NCBI GenBank assembly: GCA_963709425.1 | Contig: CAVPWG010000005.1 | Location: 216,030-280,029, forward strand | Length of the DNA stretch: 64,000 nucleotides | From: an uncultured Actinomycetes bacterium | GTDB taxonomy: Bacteria > Actinomycetota > Thermoleophilia > Gaiellales > JAICJC01 | Reading direction: 5' to 3' | Shown here: one piece after another, positions 39,731-49,455 of the stretch | Numbering within the stretch: the stretch's first letter is position 1 | Layout: each line of letters opens with the position of its first letter | Program-made: the position numbers and the translations under genes | The notes under the pieces: generated by a model | The model's input: only the letters and a program-made list of their open reading frames with translations | What the model was told of the DNA's origin: nothing | Database searches by the model: none

Positions 39731-41152
39731 TTAGAGCGATCGTCTCCGCTTGTCGAATTTGGCCCACGCCTTGGGAAACGCGGCTCGAGCTTCGGCCTGG
39801 CGGGCGAGTTGTCGCTCGATAAGCGCTTCGGCAGCCATGTGCGCGACGGGACGTGCCACCTCCCGGTCGAGATCGGCGAGTACCCTCGCGGCGACGACTG
39901 CGTCTTGATGGTCGCCAAGCACGTCCTGGACGTCCTCGGCGCGCTTGATGTATTTGCGCGTCCCCTTCGCACCGACAGCGCCTGCGAGCTCCGCGGCGTA
40001 CCGGGCGCGCTTGACCGCCTTTCGCACCTCGTGGAGATCGCGGTCCGACGGCTGGTTCGCGAGCCGGCGGACGTGCCTTTGCGCCCGCCGGTGCTCCTTG
40101 CGCAGTTCCTTTGACAGCGACCCTGAGCCTGCGAATCGTGGAGCCTCGACGGCCCGCTCGAGCCGGTTCAGCAGGCTGACATACCAGGCTTCGCACAAAG
40201 CGCCTGACAGCTCGCGGTGTGCCTGGTCTCGCCTGGTCTGGAGCCGTTCCAGCAGGTCGCGCGCTCCGGTCCGCATTGGCTCGTCGAGCCCCCGTGCGTC
40301 GGTCTCGACTTGGGCCAGCAACACGTCCAGGTCGCGCACATCGGCCAATGCTTGACCGGCGGTTCGCAACAATCGCCGCAGGTCGTCGGTCCAGCGCCGG
40401 TCGAGCAACGGGCGTCCGGCCCGCAGCATCGCACGCAGACGGCGCACCGCCACCCGGTGGTCATGCAGCGCGTCGGGATCGTCGCCCAGGCGCGTGGCCG
40501 GGTCATAGGTCAGGATCTCCCGGTACTGCTCCTCGAGGGCGGCCACGAGCCGTGCCCGCCTGCCGCGCGGGCGTCGCCGCCGGCGCCACGGCGAAACATC
40601 CAGAGCCTGGAACAGCTTCGGGCGGCCGTCCGGGTCATCGGCCCCGGCGCGCCGCAGACGCTTCTCGATCCGCCGGATCGCCTTGGCGTCTCCGGACACC
40701 AGCTCGACCTCGATCTCATCGAACGTCCCGACAGGCCGGTCGTCGTGGAGCACCTCGACCGAGTCCTCCACCACGTCCGCCACCCCCACGCCGTCCTCAC
40801 GAACCGTCACGCCCGTTCGACGCGTCCGCAGAGTCGCCACCGCACTCAGCGGCCGACCGCGGGTATGCGCGATCAGAAGCTGCCGGACGTGCTCAGGGAC
40901 GGCGTCGGTCGGCGCAGGCCACTCCAACTCCAAGCGGTCATCCCCAGTGGGCAGTTTGAGCTGCCAGGCAGCGTCCCCATCGTCCCCGGATCTGCATCGC
41001 AAGGTGATCGACCCATCTGCCAGCCGCAGGTCGTTGGTGTCGTAGTACGTCGACATCAGCACCCGCTCAGCGATCCGATCGCCATCAAACTGGATGCCCG
41101 AGAACCGCTCGCCGGGCCGCAGCTTCACCTCACGCTCCACAGTCGACTTCAT
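39731..41152 (-). CDS. CYTH + CHAD domain protein (triphosphate tunnel metalloenzyme-like)
   Basis: MKSTVEREVKL start (ExExK CYTH signature); C-terminal half has CHAD-type HDHRVAVRRLRA...HEVRKAVKRARYAAE helices. Confidence 0.85.
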   Translation of the reverse strand: MKSTVEREVKLRPGERFSGIQFDGDRIAERVLMSTYYDTNDLRLADGSITLRCRSGDDGDAAWQLKLPTGDDRLELEWPAPTDAVPEHVRQLLIAHTRGRPLSAVATLRTRRTGVTVREDGVGVADVVEDSVEVLHDDRPVGTFDEIEVELVSGDAKAIRRIEKRLRRAGADDPDGRPKLFQALDVSPWRRRRRPRGRRARLVAALEEQYREILTYDPATRLGDDPDALHDHRVAVRRLRAMLRAGRPLLDRRWTDDLRRLLRTAGQALADVRDLDVLLAQVETDARGLDEPMRTGARDLLERLQTRRDQAHRELSGALCEAWYVSLLNRLERAVEAPRFAGSGSLSKELRKEHRRAQRHVRRLANQPSDRDLHEVRKAVKRARYAAELAGAVGAKGTRKYIKRAEDVQDVLGDHQDAVVAARVLADLDREVARPVAHMAAEALIERQLARQAEARAAFPKAWAKFDKRRRSL

Positions 41153-41381
41153 GCCCCGGCCATACCCACCGGGCCGTTCGGCCAACCACCAACACAACCG
41201 CCGCGGTGCGATCCGACAACCACACGACGACGAGTGGCGCGATCTCGCGCCGGTTCGGGTGGGGCGGTGTGCCCCCGAGCGGCACAACCACAAGCTCCGG
41301 ACGTTCTTGTGGTGTTCGCTACGCACCATCGCCCACCACCCGAGCGGTCAGTGCGTCGGGGCTGTGCTGAGGAGCGCGAGG

Positions 41382-41918
41382 TTAGCGGGGTGAATCCAGA
41401 TGGCGCCGTACCTGCCCACTCAGGCGTTCCACCTCGCCGAGGGCTGCGTTCGCGAGTTCACGACGGGCCGCGCCGTCGCGCACCCGCACGCGCGTCCATT
41501 CGAAGGCCGTGCGGACGATCGTGTTTGTTGCCGCGCGACGCTTCGGATCGAGCATCCACACCGTACTCACTAGCGCTGCGCGCCGGCCGGCGCGTGTGCG
41601 ACCGCCAGGTACTCGAGCGACCACCGCCTCGGCGAAAAGGAGCTGGATAACCTCGCTCTGGGCAACCTCTCCCAAACCCGACAACGCGGCTCGGAGTTGC
41701 CTGGTCGAGTGCCGAGTACGTGCGCGCCGAGCCGCGTCAAGTTCATCGCTACCGTCAGCGTACTGGGCGTCGCCATGGCTCCCGTCGCGAGCCGTAACCA
41801 CCGCGCGCCAGGTTCCGTTCGGCCGCTCCAAGACGGCCAGCTCGAGCGATCGAGCCTCAAACCAGGCTCGGATCGACTCGAGTTCGCGATCGTGATCGAT
41901 CCATCCCACTGCGGGCAT
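41382..41918 (-). CDS. Hypothetical protein
   Basis: ORF from MPAVGWIDHDRELESIRAWFE. No family recognised. Confidence 0.45.
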   Translation of the reverse strand: MPAVGWIDHDRELESIRAWFEARSLELAVLERPNGTWRAVVTARDGSHGDAQYADGSDELDAARRARTRHSTRQLRAALSGLGEVAQSEVIQLLFAEAVVARVPGGRTRAGRRAALVSTVWMLDPKRRAATNTIVRTAFEWTRVRVRDGAARRELANAALGEVERLSGQVRRHLDSPR

Positions 41919-42198
41919 GGTACGCGCATACGGCCTCGACTCGTAGGCGCACGAGTGCGCCTGTCGAGGAACGGAACGGGGGCTAAGGCCGTCGGAACCG
42001 CCGCCGACCACCGGGACTGGCGCTCCGCGCCATGGCGGTGGAGGGGAGCGCCTATCTTCCTCGCACTGCTCGAGCTCGCCGCTGCTCCATCACCGCGTCG
42101 ATCGCCCAGTGTTCGCATTTCCGCCACTCGCTGTTCAGCGTGTCGCGGCCGAGCCAGCGGGTCGACTCGGAATAGCCGAGCAGGCCGTGCTCGGACAC

Positions 42199-42630
42199 CT
42201 ACGCTTCGATCACCGATTCGGCCGGACGAGCGGCGGTGATGGGATCGGCGTGGCGGTGCACCAGTTTCCAGTCTCCTCGCTCTGGGCGAAAGACGCTCGT
42301 GACCCGTACCGAGACCGAGCTGGCGTGGGAGCGTCCGCCGACTTTCGCTCGGTAGTGCTCTACCTCAACGAAGCAGGCAAGGTCGTCCGTCACGTGTTCG
42401 GAGATCCGCTCGTTCCGCGTCGCCTCGCCATCCCGGTAGTTAGCGGCCGCGCCCTGCAACGTGCCCAGGACGTTATCGTATCCGCGAGCGAAGGGCCCGA
42501 ACGGGTTCCCGAGCGTCACGTCATCCTGCCGGGAGTAGAGCGCGGCGTATCCCTCGCAGTCGCCGCGCACAATGCGGTGGCCCGCTTCGTGGTGCAGTTC
42601 GACCGCTTCGTCCAGCGACAGACCTGGCAT
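42199..42630 (-). CDS. SnoaL-like / NTF2-fold (DUF4440-like) protein
   Basis: 143 aa. Pattern ...YSRQDDVTLGNPFGP...GDWKLVHRHADP is typical of ketosteroid-isomerase-like folds. Confidence 0.65.
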   Translation of the reverse strand: MPGLSLDEAVELHHEAGHRIVRGDCEGYAALYSRQDDVTLGNPFGPFARGYDNVLGTLQGAAANYRDGEATRNERISEHVTDDLACFVEVEHYRAKVGGRSHASSVSVRVTSVFRPERGDWKLVHRHADPITAARPAESVIEA

Positions 42631-42896
42631 GCTCGCCCCCTTAATGGCTGAGACAGGCGGATTGTCCCAGGACGGACTGTGACAATCAACAACCCCAGGA
42701 GCCTGCTAGGGAAGGTGCCCGCCGAACCGGTGGTGCCGGCTCGGCACGCGCGTCGCGGTCCCCTATCGAGCACCTCTGTGGAAAAGACGGCGGGAACGGG
42801 AAAGCCTCAACGGTTTTCGGGCCTGGCGTGCGCTGCGGAAGCGCGACCGGTCCGAGCGCAAAGTCCGCGCCCGAGAGAACCTCAAGAACCGCGAGA

Positions 42897-44009
42897 TCAC
42901 CGAGCGGCAAGGCCGGTCTCCGGGCCGGTGCGCGAGATGGCGTCGGCATACACTCGCTCGTAGGCGGCGCAGACAGCGGAGACATGGAACCGCTGCACGG
43001 ACGAGCGGCAGTGATGGGAGTCGATCTCGTCGAGCCGGTCGATCGCCGCCGCCATACCGTCGACGTCCTCGACCAGAAACCCGTTCTCGCCGTCGACGAC
43101 GATTTCGGACGCAGCGCCACGATCGAAGGCAATCACCGGCGTACCGGTGGCAAGCGCCTCGATCATCACCAGTCCGAACGGCTCCGGCCATTCGATCGGC
43201 ATCAACAGGCCCCGTGCTCGTGCAAGCGCCTTCCGCTTCTCCTCCGGTCCGAGCGCTCCCAGATATCGCACGCGGTCGCCGCCGAGGTGCGGCTCCACCT
43301 CGCCGGCGAAGAACTCCTCGCCGTCCGGCTGTACCGGGCCTGCCAACGCCAGTCGCCGGCCCGCCCGCTGCGCCGCCTCGACGGCGCGATGCGGCCCCTT
43401 GTCCGGGTCGATCCTGCCCAGGAACAGCAACTCGTCCGCCTTCTCATCCTGGAAGGGCCACTCGTCGAGGTCGATCGGGTTCGGCACCACATGTCGGCAG
43501 TCGACGCCATCCGGTGCCTGCGAACGCTGCGAATCGCTGATCGCCACCAACGTGGCCTTATGCCCCTGCCGGCGATAGAGCTCTGTTCGTTCCTCATCGA
43601 ACGGGCCATGCAGCGTGTGCACGAACGGCTCACGGAGGCGATCCGCCATCGCCAGAGCCACCGCCGGGCAGTGATCGTGCACGACATCGAACCCGGCCCC
43701 ATCCACACGTTCGCGGTCGATGCGGTCAAACACCGAACCCACATGCGCCGCCTCAATCAGCGAGTGCTCGATCTGATCCGGCTGCGGCTCGTCCAACACC
43801 GCCACCACGCGCGCATCCGACTCCGACTCCGGCGCGGCGAACAGGGTGACCTGATGCCCGTGCGCGACGAGGCCCTCACACAGCAGCCGCACCACCTCCT
43901 CGATACCCCCATAGGTCGGCGCCGGAATCGAGATCCACGGCGGCGCCACCACCGCGATCCTGAGCGGACGATGCGTCCTGACCGTCCCGCTGTGGATCGA
44001 CGCCTGCAT
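42897..44009 (-). CDS. Glycosyltransferase family 4
   Basis: LRIAVVAPPW...YGGIEEVV N-terminus and EPFGLVMIEALATGTPVIA (E-x7-E region). Start taken at MQASIHSG; the upstream part of ORF 42897..44609 looks non-coding. Confidence 0.85.
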   Translation of the reverse strand: MQASIHSGTVRTHRPLRIAVVAPPWISIPAPTYGGIEEVVRLLCEGLVAHGHQVTLFAAPESESDARVVAVLDEPQPDQIEHSLIEAAHVGSVFDRIDRERVDGAGFDVVHDHCPAVALAMADRLREPFVHTLHGPFDEERTELYRRQGHKATLVAISDSQRSQAPDGVDCRHVVPNPIDLDEWPFQDEKADELLFLGRIDPDKGPHRAVEAAQRAGRRLALAGPVQPDGEEFFAGEVEPHLGGDRVRYLGALGPEEKRKALARARGLLMPIEWPEPFGLVMIEALATGTPVIAFDRGAASEIVVDGENGFLVEDVDGMAAAIDRLDEIDSHHCRSSVQRFHVSAVCAAYERVYADAISRTGPETGLAAR

Positions 44010-44122
44010 AGCCCGGTGGTTACCCCGCGTTTTCGCAAACCGAACCGCGCCCTGCGCTCGCATGGTTGGGGTGCCGACAGAAGGCATCGGCCGGCCGACG
44101 AATTGGCAAGGGGGACAACGAG

Positions 44123-44363
44123 ATGGCGACAGCCCGATCGCTGCCCGAGGCGCGGCACGCACCACTGACGCGCTTACCCAGACCGGCGTTCGGGAAGCAA
44201 GCTCCTGGAGGCGATCGCACTGGCTGTAAGCGAAGCCGTCGGCAACGCCATACGACGGGACAGGGACGGCGGCCAGGCACCGCATCGCAGGCAGCGATGG
44301 ACGGTGCCCGGCGCGCCTGAGCGTCACGCGGTGGCTAACTTGCCCGCTTCGGAGCGCGCCTAA
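44123..44363 (+). pseudogene. Decayed paralogue of the RsbW-like kinase gene at 32384
   Basis: MATARSLPEARHA / TTDALTQTGV / LLEAIALAVSEAVGNAIRR appear in three different frames and parallel PATARSLPDARHATTDALTQAGV...AIVLAMSEAFGNAVRH of 32384..32830. Confidence 0.5.
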
Positions 44364-44656
44364 CCGCGAAGGCGATGCGCCGGACACCGTTGCTCGTAGC
44401 TGAACACCCGCTGAGGATCCCGCAAGAGAGCTGAGCGTAGAGGGCCGTTCAGGCCACGGGCCAGCCGCGCGGCAGGTGTTGCGCGAACGCCTCCGGCGTG
44501 GATAAGCGGTCTGGCTAGACCGGCCGTCCTCTAACGGCTCGTAGCGCGTCGCAACCGACGACGCACCACCGATCGCCCGATCTTCCAGGCGATGAGCCCG
44601 AATAGCCAATAGAATCGTCTACGCATCAGCACGTGGTTCCCGCCGGCGAGGCAAAG

Positions 44657-44890
44657 CTAAACCCTCCGAACCATGGCGTCTGCAAGCGGGCAGGCCACGA
44701 GATCCATCTCGCCTTCGGCGTAGTCGATGCGCTCGGCGCGGACGACCTCGGAGACCCAGTCCTCGCCCCAACCGAGCGAGTCCGCGACTTCCACGGCCGC
44801 ATCCTCGAACTCGAAATCGACGGGTTGCTGCGAGACGCTGAAGAGGCCGCCTATGGGCGGTGCTTGGGTGTGCAAGCTGACTCGCGGCAT
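44657..44890 (-). CDS. Hypothetical small acidic protein
   Basis: 77-aa ORF only; no motif recognised. Confidence 0.3.
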   Translation of the reverse strand: MPRVSLHTQAPPIGGLFSVSQQPVDFEFEDAAVEVADSLGWGEDWVSEVVRAERIDYAEGEMDLVACPLADAMVRRV

Positions 44891-45134
44891 CGAGCAGATC
44901 TAGCGGGAAGAGGTGCTCGCGCGCAGGGCTCAGCTCATGGCGACCGATTCCTCCCACGTGTCCGCCAGCAGGGTGCGAAGCAGACGAGCGGGATCGGCGA
45001 GATGTCGGCAGATGAGTCCGAGAGCCCTGCTGATGCACAATTGAACCACCACCTCGGCCGGGCTAGCATCGGCGTCACCGGCCGCGGCAAGCCTGAAGTG
45101 GGCGTGATGCGGCCAACCGACCCAGGAGGGAACC

Positions 45135-45431
45135 ATGGAGACGTACGTCATTCTGCGTCGCGGCGGCTGGCGGACGGCCGAGGATCTGCAGGCGGCTGCC
45201 GCACGTTCGACGGCCGAAGGGGATCGGATGTCCGAGGACGTACGCTGGATTCGAAGCTACGTCCTCGCCGAGCCGGATGACGGTGGCGTCGGCACTGTGT
45301 GCATCTACCAGGCCACTAGCCCGGAGGCGATCCGTCGCCACGCAACTGCGGCCGACCTGCCTGTCGACGAGGTGATCCATGTCGCCGACACCGTGATTGT
45401 CCGGCCTGACCCGGTGCCGGCGGACGCCTGA
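45135..45431 (+). CDS. DUF4242-like small protein
   Basis: METYVILRRGGWRTAEDL...VRWIRSYVLAEPDDGGVGTVCIYQATSPEAIRRHA...LPVDEVIHV. SD GGAGGG lies 5 nt upstream. Confidence 0.6.
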   Translation: METYVILRRGGWRTAEDLQAAAARSTAEGDRMSEDVRWIRSYVLAEPDDGGVGTVCIYQATSPEAIRRHATAADLPVDEVIHVADTVIVRPDPVPADA

Positions 45432-45479
45432 GCCGGCATCCAAAACGTCGCGGGCGTCCGATCGAAGTCTCGCGTTCGG

Positions 45480-45802
45480 ATGTTCGATCAGCTCACCCGA
45501 GCGACCAGCGAGATCGGCCGGACGCTCGACGCCCTCGACACGAGGTGTAGAGGACGCCCTCGCCTTTCTTGGAAGGATCGCCCGCCAGCACCACGGAGGC
45601 GAAGACGGCGATTGCCGACGCGGTGCGGCGAGTGGCAGCCGACCTCGGCAATACCGCGGCCGTGGCGCGGTCCGCCTATATCCACTCGGCGGTCATCGAC
45701 GCCTTCACCGCCGCGACGCTGCCGCGCGACGCGATCCTGGCGTGCGCATCGCAACACGACGTCGAGGACGTGATACTCGATTTCCTGGAGGAAACGGCCT
45801 AA
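45480..45802 (+). pseudogene. 3' fragment of a type IB DNA topoisomerase gene
   Basis: AIADAVRRVAADLGNTAAVARSAYIHSAVIDAF matches the C-terminal LGNTPAV(C/A)RKSY(I/V)HP catalytic-Tyr region. The upstream ~250 codons are absent, and one frame break occurs within the fragment. Confidence 0.55.
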
Positions 45803-46234
45803 GAGCGCTTCAAGATGAGATATGCGGAGTGCGACGGGGGAAGTAGAGAGCGTCGTCCATGCCCCAGCCGTCGGGCGCCCACCTCGGGAGCCTCGCTAGA
45901 CCTCGGCACTGAATCGTGGTGACACGAGGTAGCGGGGATACGACACGGCGGGCTGGCGGTGGGTGTACTGGTCGTCGCGGTAAAGACGCCACCCGGCTTG
46001 CGACTGGGCGGCGACGGTGACCATGGAAGAACAGCGTCAGCGAGTTCTGACGGACAAAGCGTTTCCAATGGCCGGTCAACCCAACCACGATCGACCCGGC
46101 CAGCCCGAAAACGATCACGCCGAGTACGCGATGAACATCGTCCGCATCCGGGTCCGATTCGCCACTCCCAGTGCGAACCCTGCGGTGTCAGACCCGGACA
46201 AGGTCGTTCTCGATTGCGTTACCTCGCGCTGCGC

Positions 46235-46261
46235 GTTTCCCGTTCGAGCAGGAGAGGGTAT
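46235..46261 (+). promoter_or_regulatory. Candidate SigB/SigF-type stress promoter (GTTT-N17-GGGTAT)
   Basis: GTTT at 46235..46238 and GGGTAT at 46256..46261, 38 nt upstream of the DUF892 ATG. Confidence 0.35.
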
Positions 46262-46299
46262 CAGGCTGGCGTCCAGGGAAAACCAAGGTGGGAGGAACG

Positions 46300-46791
46300 A
46301 TGAAGCTGCAGACGCTGGACGATGTTCTCATGGCCGAGCTGACGGATCTCCTGAGCGCTGAGAAGCAGCTCGTGAAGGCGCTTCCGAAAGTCGCCGAGGC
46401 TGCATCGTCATCCGAGCTCCGCGACGCCATTAAGGAGCACCTGGAAGAGACGCGCGGCCACGTGCAGCGGCTCGAGAGGGTGTTCCAGTCGCTGGGCACG
46501 GAGGTGCGGTCCGAGCACTGCGAGGCGATGGAGGGCCTGATCGGCGAGGGCGAGGAGATCATCGAGGCTGACGGTGACGGCAACGCCAAGGATGCGGCGC
46601 TGATCGGCGCCGCCCAGCGGGTCGAGCACTATGAGATCGCTGCGTACGGCACTGCGCGGACGCTCGCGGAGCAGCTCGGCAACGACGATGCCGCGGCGCT
46701 GCTGCAGGAGACGCTCGACGAGGAGAGCGCGGCCGACCAGACCCTGACCAAGATCGCGGTTGGGCGCGTGAACGAGCGAGCCTCGAGTTAG
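46300..46791 (+). CDS. DUF892 (YciE-like ferritin-like) stress protein
   Basis: MKLQTLDDVLMAELTDLLSAEKQLVKALPKV...HLEETRGHVQRLE...VEHYEIAAYGT. SD GGTGGGAGGA. Confidence 0.9.
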   Translation: MKLQTLDDVLMAELTDLLSAEKQLVKALPKVAEAASSSELRDAIKEHLEETRGHVQRLERVFQSLGTEVRSEHCEAMEGLIGEGEEIIEADGDGNAKDAALIGAAQRVEHYEIAAYGTARTLAEQLGNDDAAALLQETLDEESAADQTLTKIAVGRVNERASS

Positions 46792-46816
46792 GGCAGGCCC
46801 CACGAAGGAGGACGAG

Positions 46817-47026
46817 ATGGCGGTGAAGAACGAGAAGCAGTACGAAGCGCTCAAGGACGAGGGCATGTCGAAGGGCCGCGCCGCCCGGATCGCAAACTCG
46901 CCTGGCGCCTCCAAGCGCGGCGGCAAGAGCTCCGGCTCGGGCGGAAGCCCAAAGCAGGGCGGCACAACCGCACAGAAGAAGGCCGCCGGACGCAAGGGCG
47001 GCAAGGCCGCCGCGAAGAAGAGCTAG
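46817..47026 (+). CDS. Small basic protein of the KNEKQYEALKDxGMSKxRAARIAN family (DUF7218-like)
   Basis: 69 aa. Conserved N-terminal helix-hairpin and a G/K/S-rich tail. SD GAAGGAGGA. Confidence 0.6.
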   Translation: MAVKNEKQYEALKDEGMSKGRAARIANSPGASKRGGKSSGSGGSPKQGGTTAQKKAAGRKGGKAAAKKS

Positions 47027-47031
47027 CCACG

Positions 47032-47068
47032 GAGGCTCCCGGCCGGCTCTGAGCCGGCCGGGAGCCTC
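47032..47068 (+). terminator. Strong hairpin directly after the 46817..47026 stop
   Basis: GAGGCTCCCGGCCGGCTC-t-GAGCCGGCCGGGAGCCTC: 18-nt perfectly complementary arms. Confidence 0.6.
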
Positions 47069-47708
47069 GGCGCAGCGGGAGCGACTCCTCGCGGCCCTGC
47101 CAGGTGGTAGCCGGTGACTGAACGTCCACCCGTTTGCTGCTTCGTGACGGTGGCGCGGCGGCTTGCGATCGGGAACTCGTCGAGCTGCGCCTTTGTCCGA
47201 TGCTGAGAGATCTGAACACGGTCAGCGGCGGTAGGAAAGACGCCCGCGGGTCTCGTCGCGCTTAGCCCTTCATCACCGGCTGTGGCCTACGAAAGTGAGG
47301 GAGCCGGCGCCCGCTGCGGCGTGCGCCCCGTAGGCGCGTCGGCCTGGTTCGTCTGCCGTGCGCGAGCCAATCCTTGGTCAGCTTGGTCGATGTTCTTGAT
47401 CGCGTCCGAGAGGCGTCCGCGGGCAGCGGATCTCCGGTTCCGTGTATCCCGTCGTGCCGTCGTGAGCACCTCAGCATTACCCGGTGGCGCATTCGCCGGG
47501 AGCAGCAGGACGGAAGCGTCGAGAGTCAGGACCCGCCACCTGAGCAGCCGAGCCATGACCGATGCTTCAACCACGACGCCTTCCGAAAGACGGCGCGTGC
47601 GAATAGCTCGCGCCGGCGCACGTACTCCGTTGATTGCCGATGCTCGTTCAGCCACGTGCGCGGATTGCGCGGAGGCGTCGAGTTGACGCCGGGAAGGTCG
47701 CCCGGCAG

Positions 47709-47915
47709 TCACGAGTCGCTCGACGTCTCCAGGCGATCCCGCAGCGACGAAATGCCGGCGCTGGCCGCCGTCAATACCGCGACGCCCGCGGCCGCATACG
47801 CGGCGCGGCGGACCCTCCGCTTCTTGGCGGGGTCATCGGTCAGCCCTGGCTCGAGCGAGTCGACGAACTTCCGAAGCCGCTGGGATTTGGTCTCGCGAAA
47901 CCTCATCTCAAGCAC
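47709..47915 (-). CDS. Hypothetical small membrane protein
   Basis: 68-aa ORF with one hydrophobic span (AAYAAAGVAVLTAASAGI). Overlaps the stop of the upstream gene by 8 nt. Confidence 0.3.
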   Translation of the reverse strand: MLEMRFRETKSQRLRKFVDSLEPGLTDDPAKKRRVRRAAYAAAGVAVLTAASAGISSLRDRLETSSDS

Positions 47916-48813
47916 CTGATCGTGATCGTGATGCGCGTGACGCAGCTTGGATCGCAGCGATGAGCTCGTCCTTCGCCATTTTGGTGCGTCCCTCGATGCC
48001 GATGGTGGACGCCAGCTCCATGAGGTCCGACTTCCTGTACTCCTGAAGATCGCCGTTCGTCTCGACGTGGCCGCTGTCGGCGGCGGTCTGTCGGGCCGTC
48101 GCCTTCGACCGCCCGCGCAGCTGCTCGGCGCGACTCACCTGGGCTTCCGCCTGGCGGGCCTGCTGCTCGGCGTCTCGCGCCAACTGTTGCGCGCGACGTT
48201 GCGCCTCCTCGGCAGCGAGGTTCGCCGCCTCGGCGGCCTCCTCTGCCAACTGCCTTGCCTCCAGCATCGCCTCATGTGCCTCCTGGACGAGATTCTCGGC
48301 CCACTCTTTCGCCTCCTCGGCCTCGCCCTGAGCGCGATCGCTCTCCTCGTCGACCTCCTCGTACACGTCTTGCCGCTGCCGCTCAGCGTCCTCCTCTGCA
48401 GCGAGCCGCTCCTGCTTCACGAGTTCCTCGGCGTCTCGCTCGGCCTGCTTGATGCGTTGCTCCAGCTGCCGCTGAGTGTCGCGGTTGACCTCCTTGACGC
48501 GCGCCTGCCCGCGCTGGGCCACATCGACCGCATAGTCCGAACATTCCTTCGCCTCCTGCGCAGCCTCCGCCGCCCGCTCCTCAGCCTCGCGCGCCCGCTC
48601 GGCAGCATCCTCGGCGCGCTTCATCCGCAGCTGAATCGAATCCTCCCCCGACGGAACAGCATCCCTCACGGCCTCGCTGAATCGACGACCCTGATTGCGG
48701 GCCTTCGACACCGCGCCGGCCGACCGACTCGATCCCAACACTTGCGACACCGTCCACTCCGCGTTGGACGGCATATCACGAAGACCGCTACGGGCCCGTT
48801 CTAGCAGCGACAT
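47908..48813 (-). CDS. Coiled-coil protein with C-terminal Rho_N/SAP-like domain
   Basis: ATG 48813 (MSLLERARSG) after GAGGGAGG. About 180 aa of E/A/R/Q coiled coil; C-terminus YRKSDLMELASTIGIEGRTKMAKDELIAAI. Confidence 0.65.
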   Translation of the reverse strand: MSLLERARSGLRDMPSNAEWTVSQVLGSSRSAGAVSKARNQGRRFSEAVRDAVPSGEDSIQLRMKRAEDAAERAREAEERAAEAAQEAKECSDYAVDVAQRGQARVKEVNRDTQRQLEQRIKQAERDAEELVKQERLAAEEDAERQRQDVYEEVDEESDRAQGEAEEAKEWAENLVQEAHEAMLEARQLAEEAAEAANLAAEEAQRRAQQLARDAEQQARQAEAQVSRAEQLRGRSKATARQTAADSGHVETNGDLQEYRKSDLMELASTIGIEGRTKMAKDELIAAIQAASRASRSRSGA

Positions 48814-48926
48814 TTTTCGACCTCCCTCAGACGACGACAAGCCTGGTCATTGCCACGTCATGGGAGAAAACAAACCTGCGAGTCGTGCGCGCGCCTCGGC
48901 GAGGGCGTCTAGGTCTGCTCGCTCTT

Positions 48927-49318
48927 ATGTTGTTTCGAGACCACACCGGGACCACACGGGCACGCCATCTCCCGGCGTGTACGGCAGGTACAAACCGCGT
49001 AGTTGAGCCATAACGGCATGGTTGCGACGGTCCTGCCTTTCCTCGCCGAGAACCTCCGAGCCGACGACTTCACCGTCATCACGGCAGCGAGCGGCAACGA
49101 GGCCATCGACGTCCTCGCGGCGTCGCGCCCCGACGTCGTCCTGCTCGACGTCGTCCTCCCCGACATGAGCGGCTATGACGTCTGCCGCCGAGTCCGCCAG
49201 GGCGATGCCGTGGACGACCCGTGGGATCCCGATCTCCCGATCATCATGGTGTCGGCGAAAGCCGAGCACACGGACCGGGTCCGCGGTCTCAACCGAGGCG
49301 CCGACGACTTCGTCACGA
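48927..49318 (+). pseudogene. OmpR-family response regulator, 5' part (receiver domain up to ...GADDFVT)
   Basis: ...NRVVE / HNGMVATVLPFLAENL...PDVVLLDVVLPDMSGYDVC...PIIMVSAKAEHTDRVRGLNRGADDFVT, with a 1-nt frame break near 49008. Homology stops abruptly at 49318. Confidence 0.75.
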
Positions 49319-49455
49319 CGCACTCGGCCCACCCGGCCACGCGCATGGGCGGTCAGCCTGATCCGCCAGACCTGGCCTGTCAACCCTGCGCGGTATTGTG
49401 CCGGTGGGCCTGGGGGCTCGCGGTGGCGCCGGGCATCCAAGAGCAGGGAGGCCGC

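Noticed and set aside
47069-47712. ORFs 47262..47492, 47282..47686, 47287..47712 and 47374..47919
   Set aside because: Composition is ambiguous, the ORFs overlap on both strands, and no recognisable domain was found. The minus-strand 141-aa frame has moderate GC3 but no start context.
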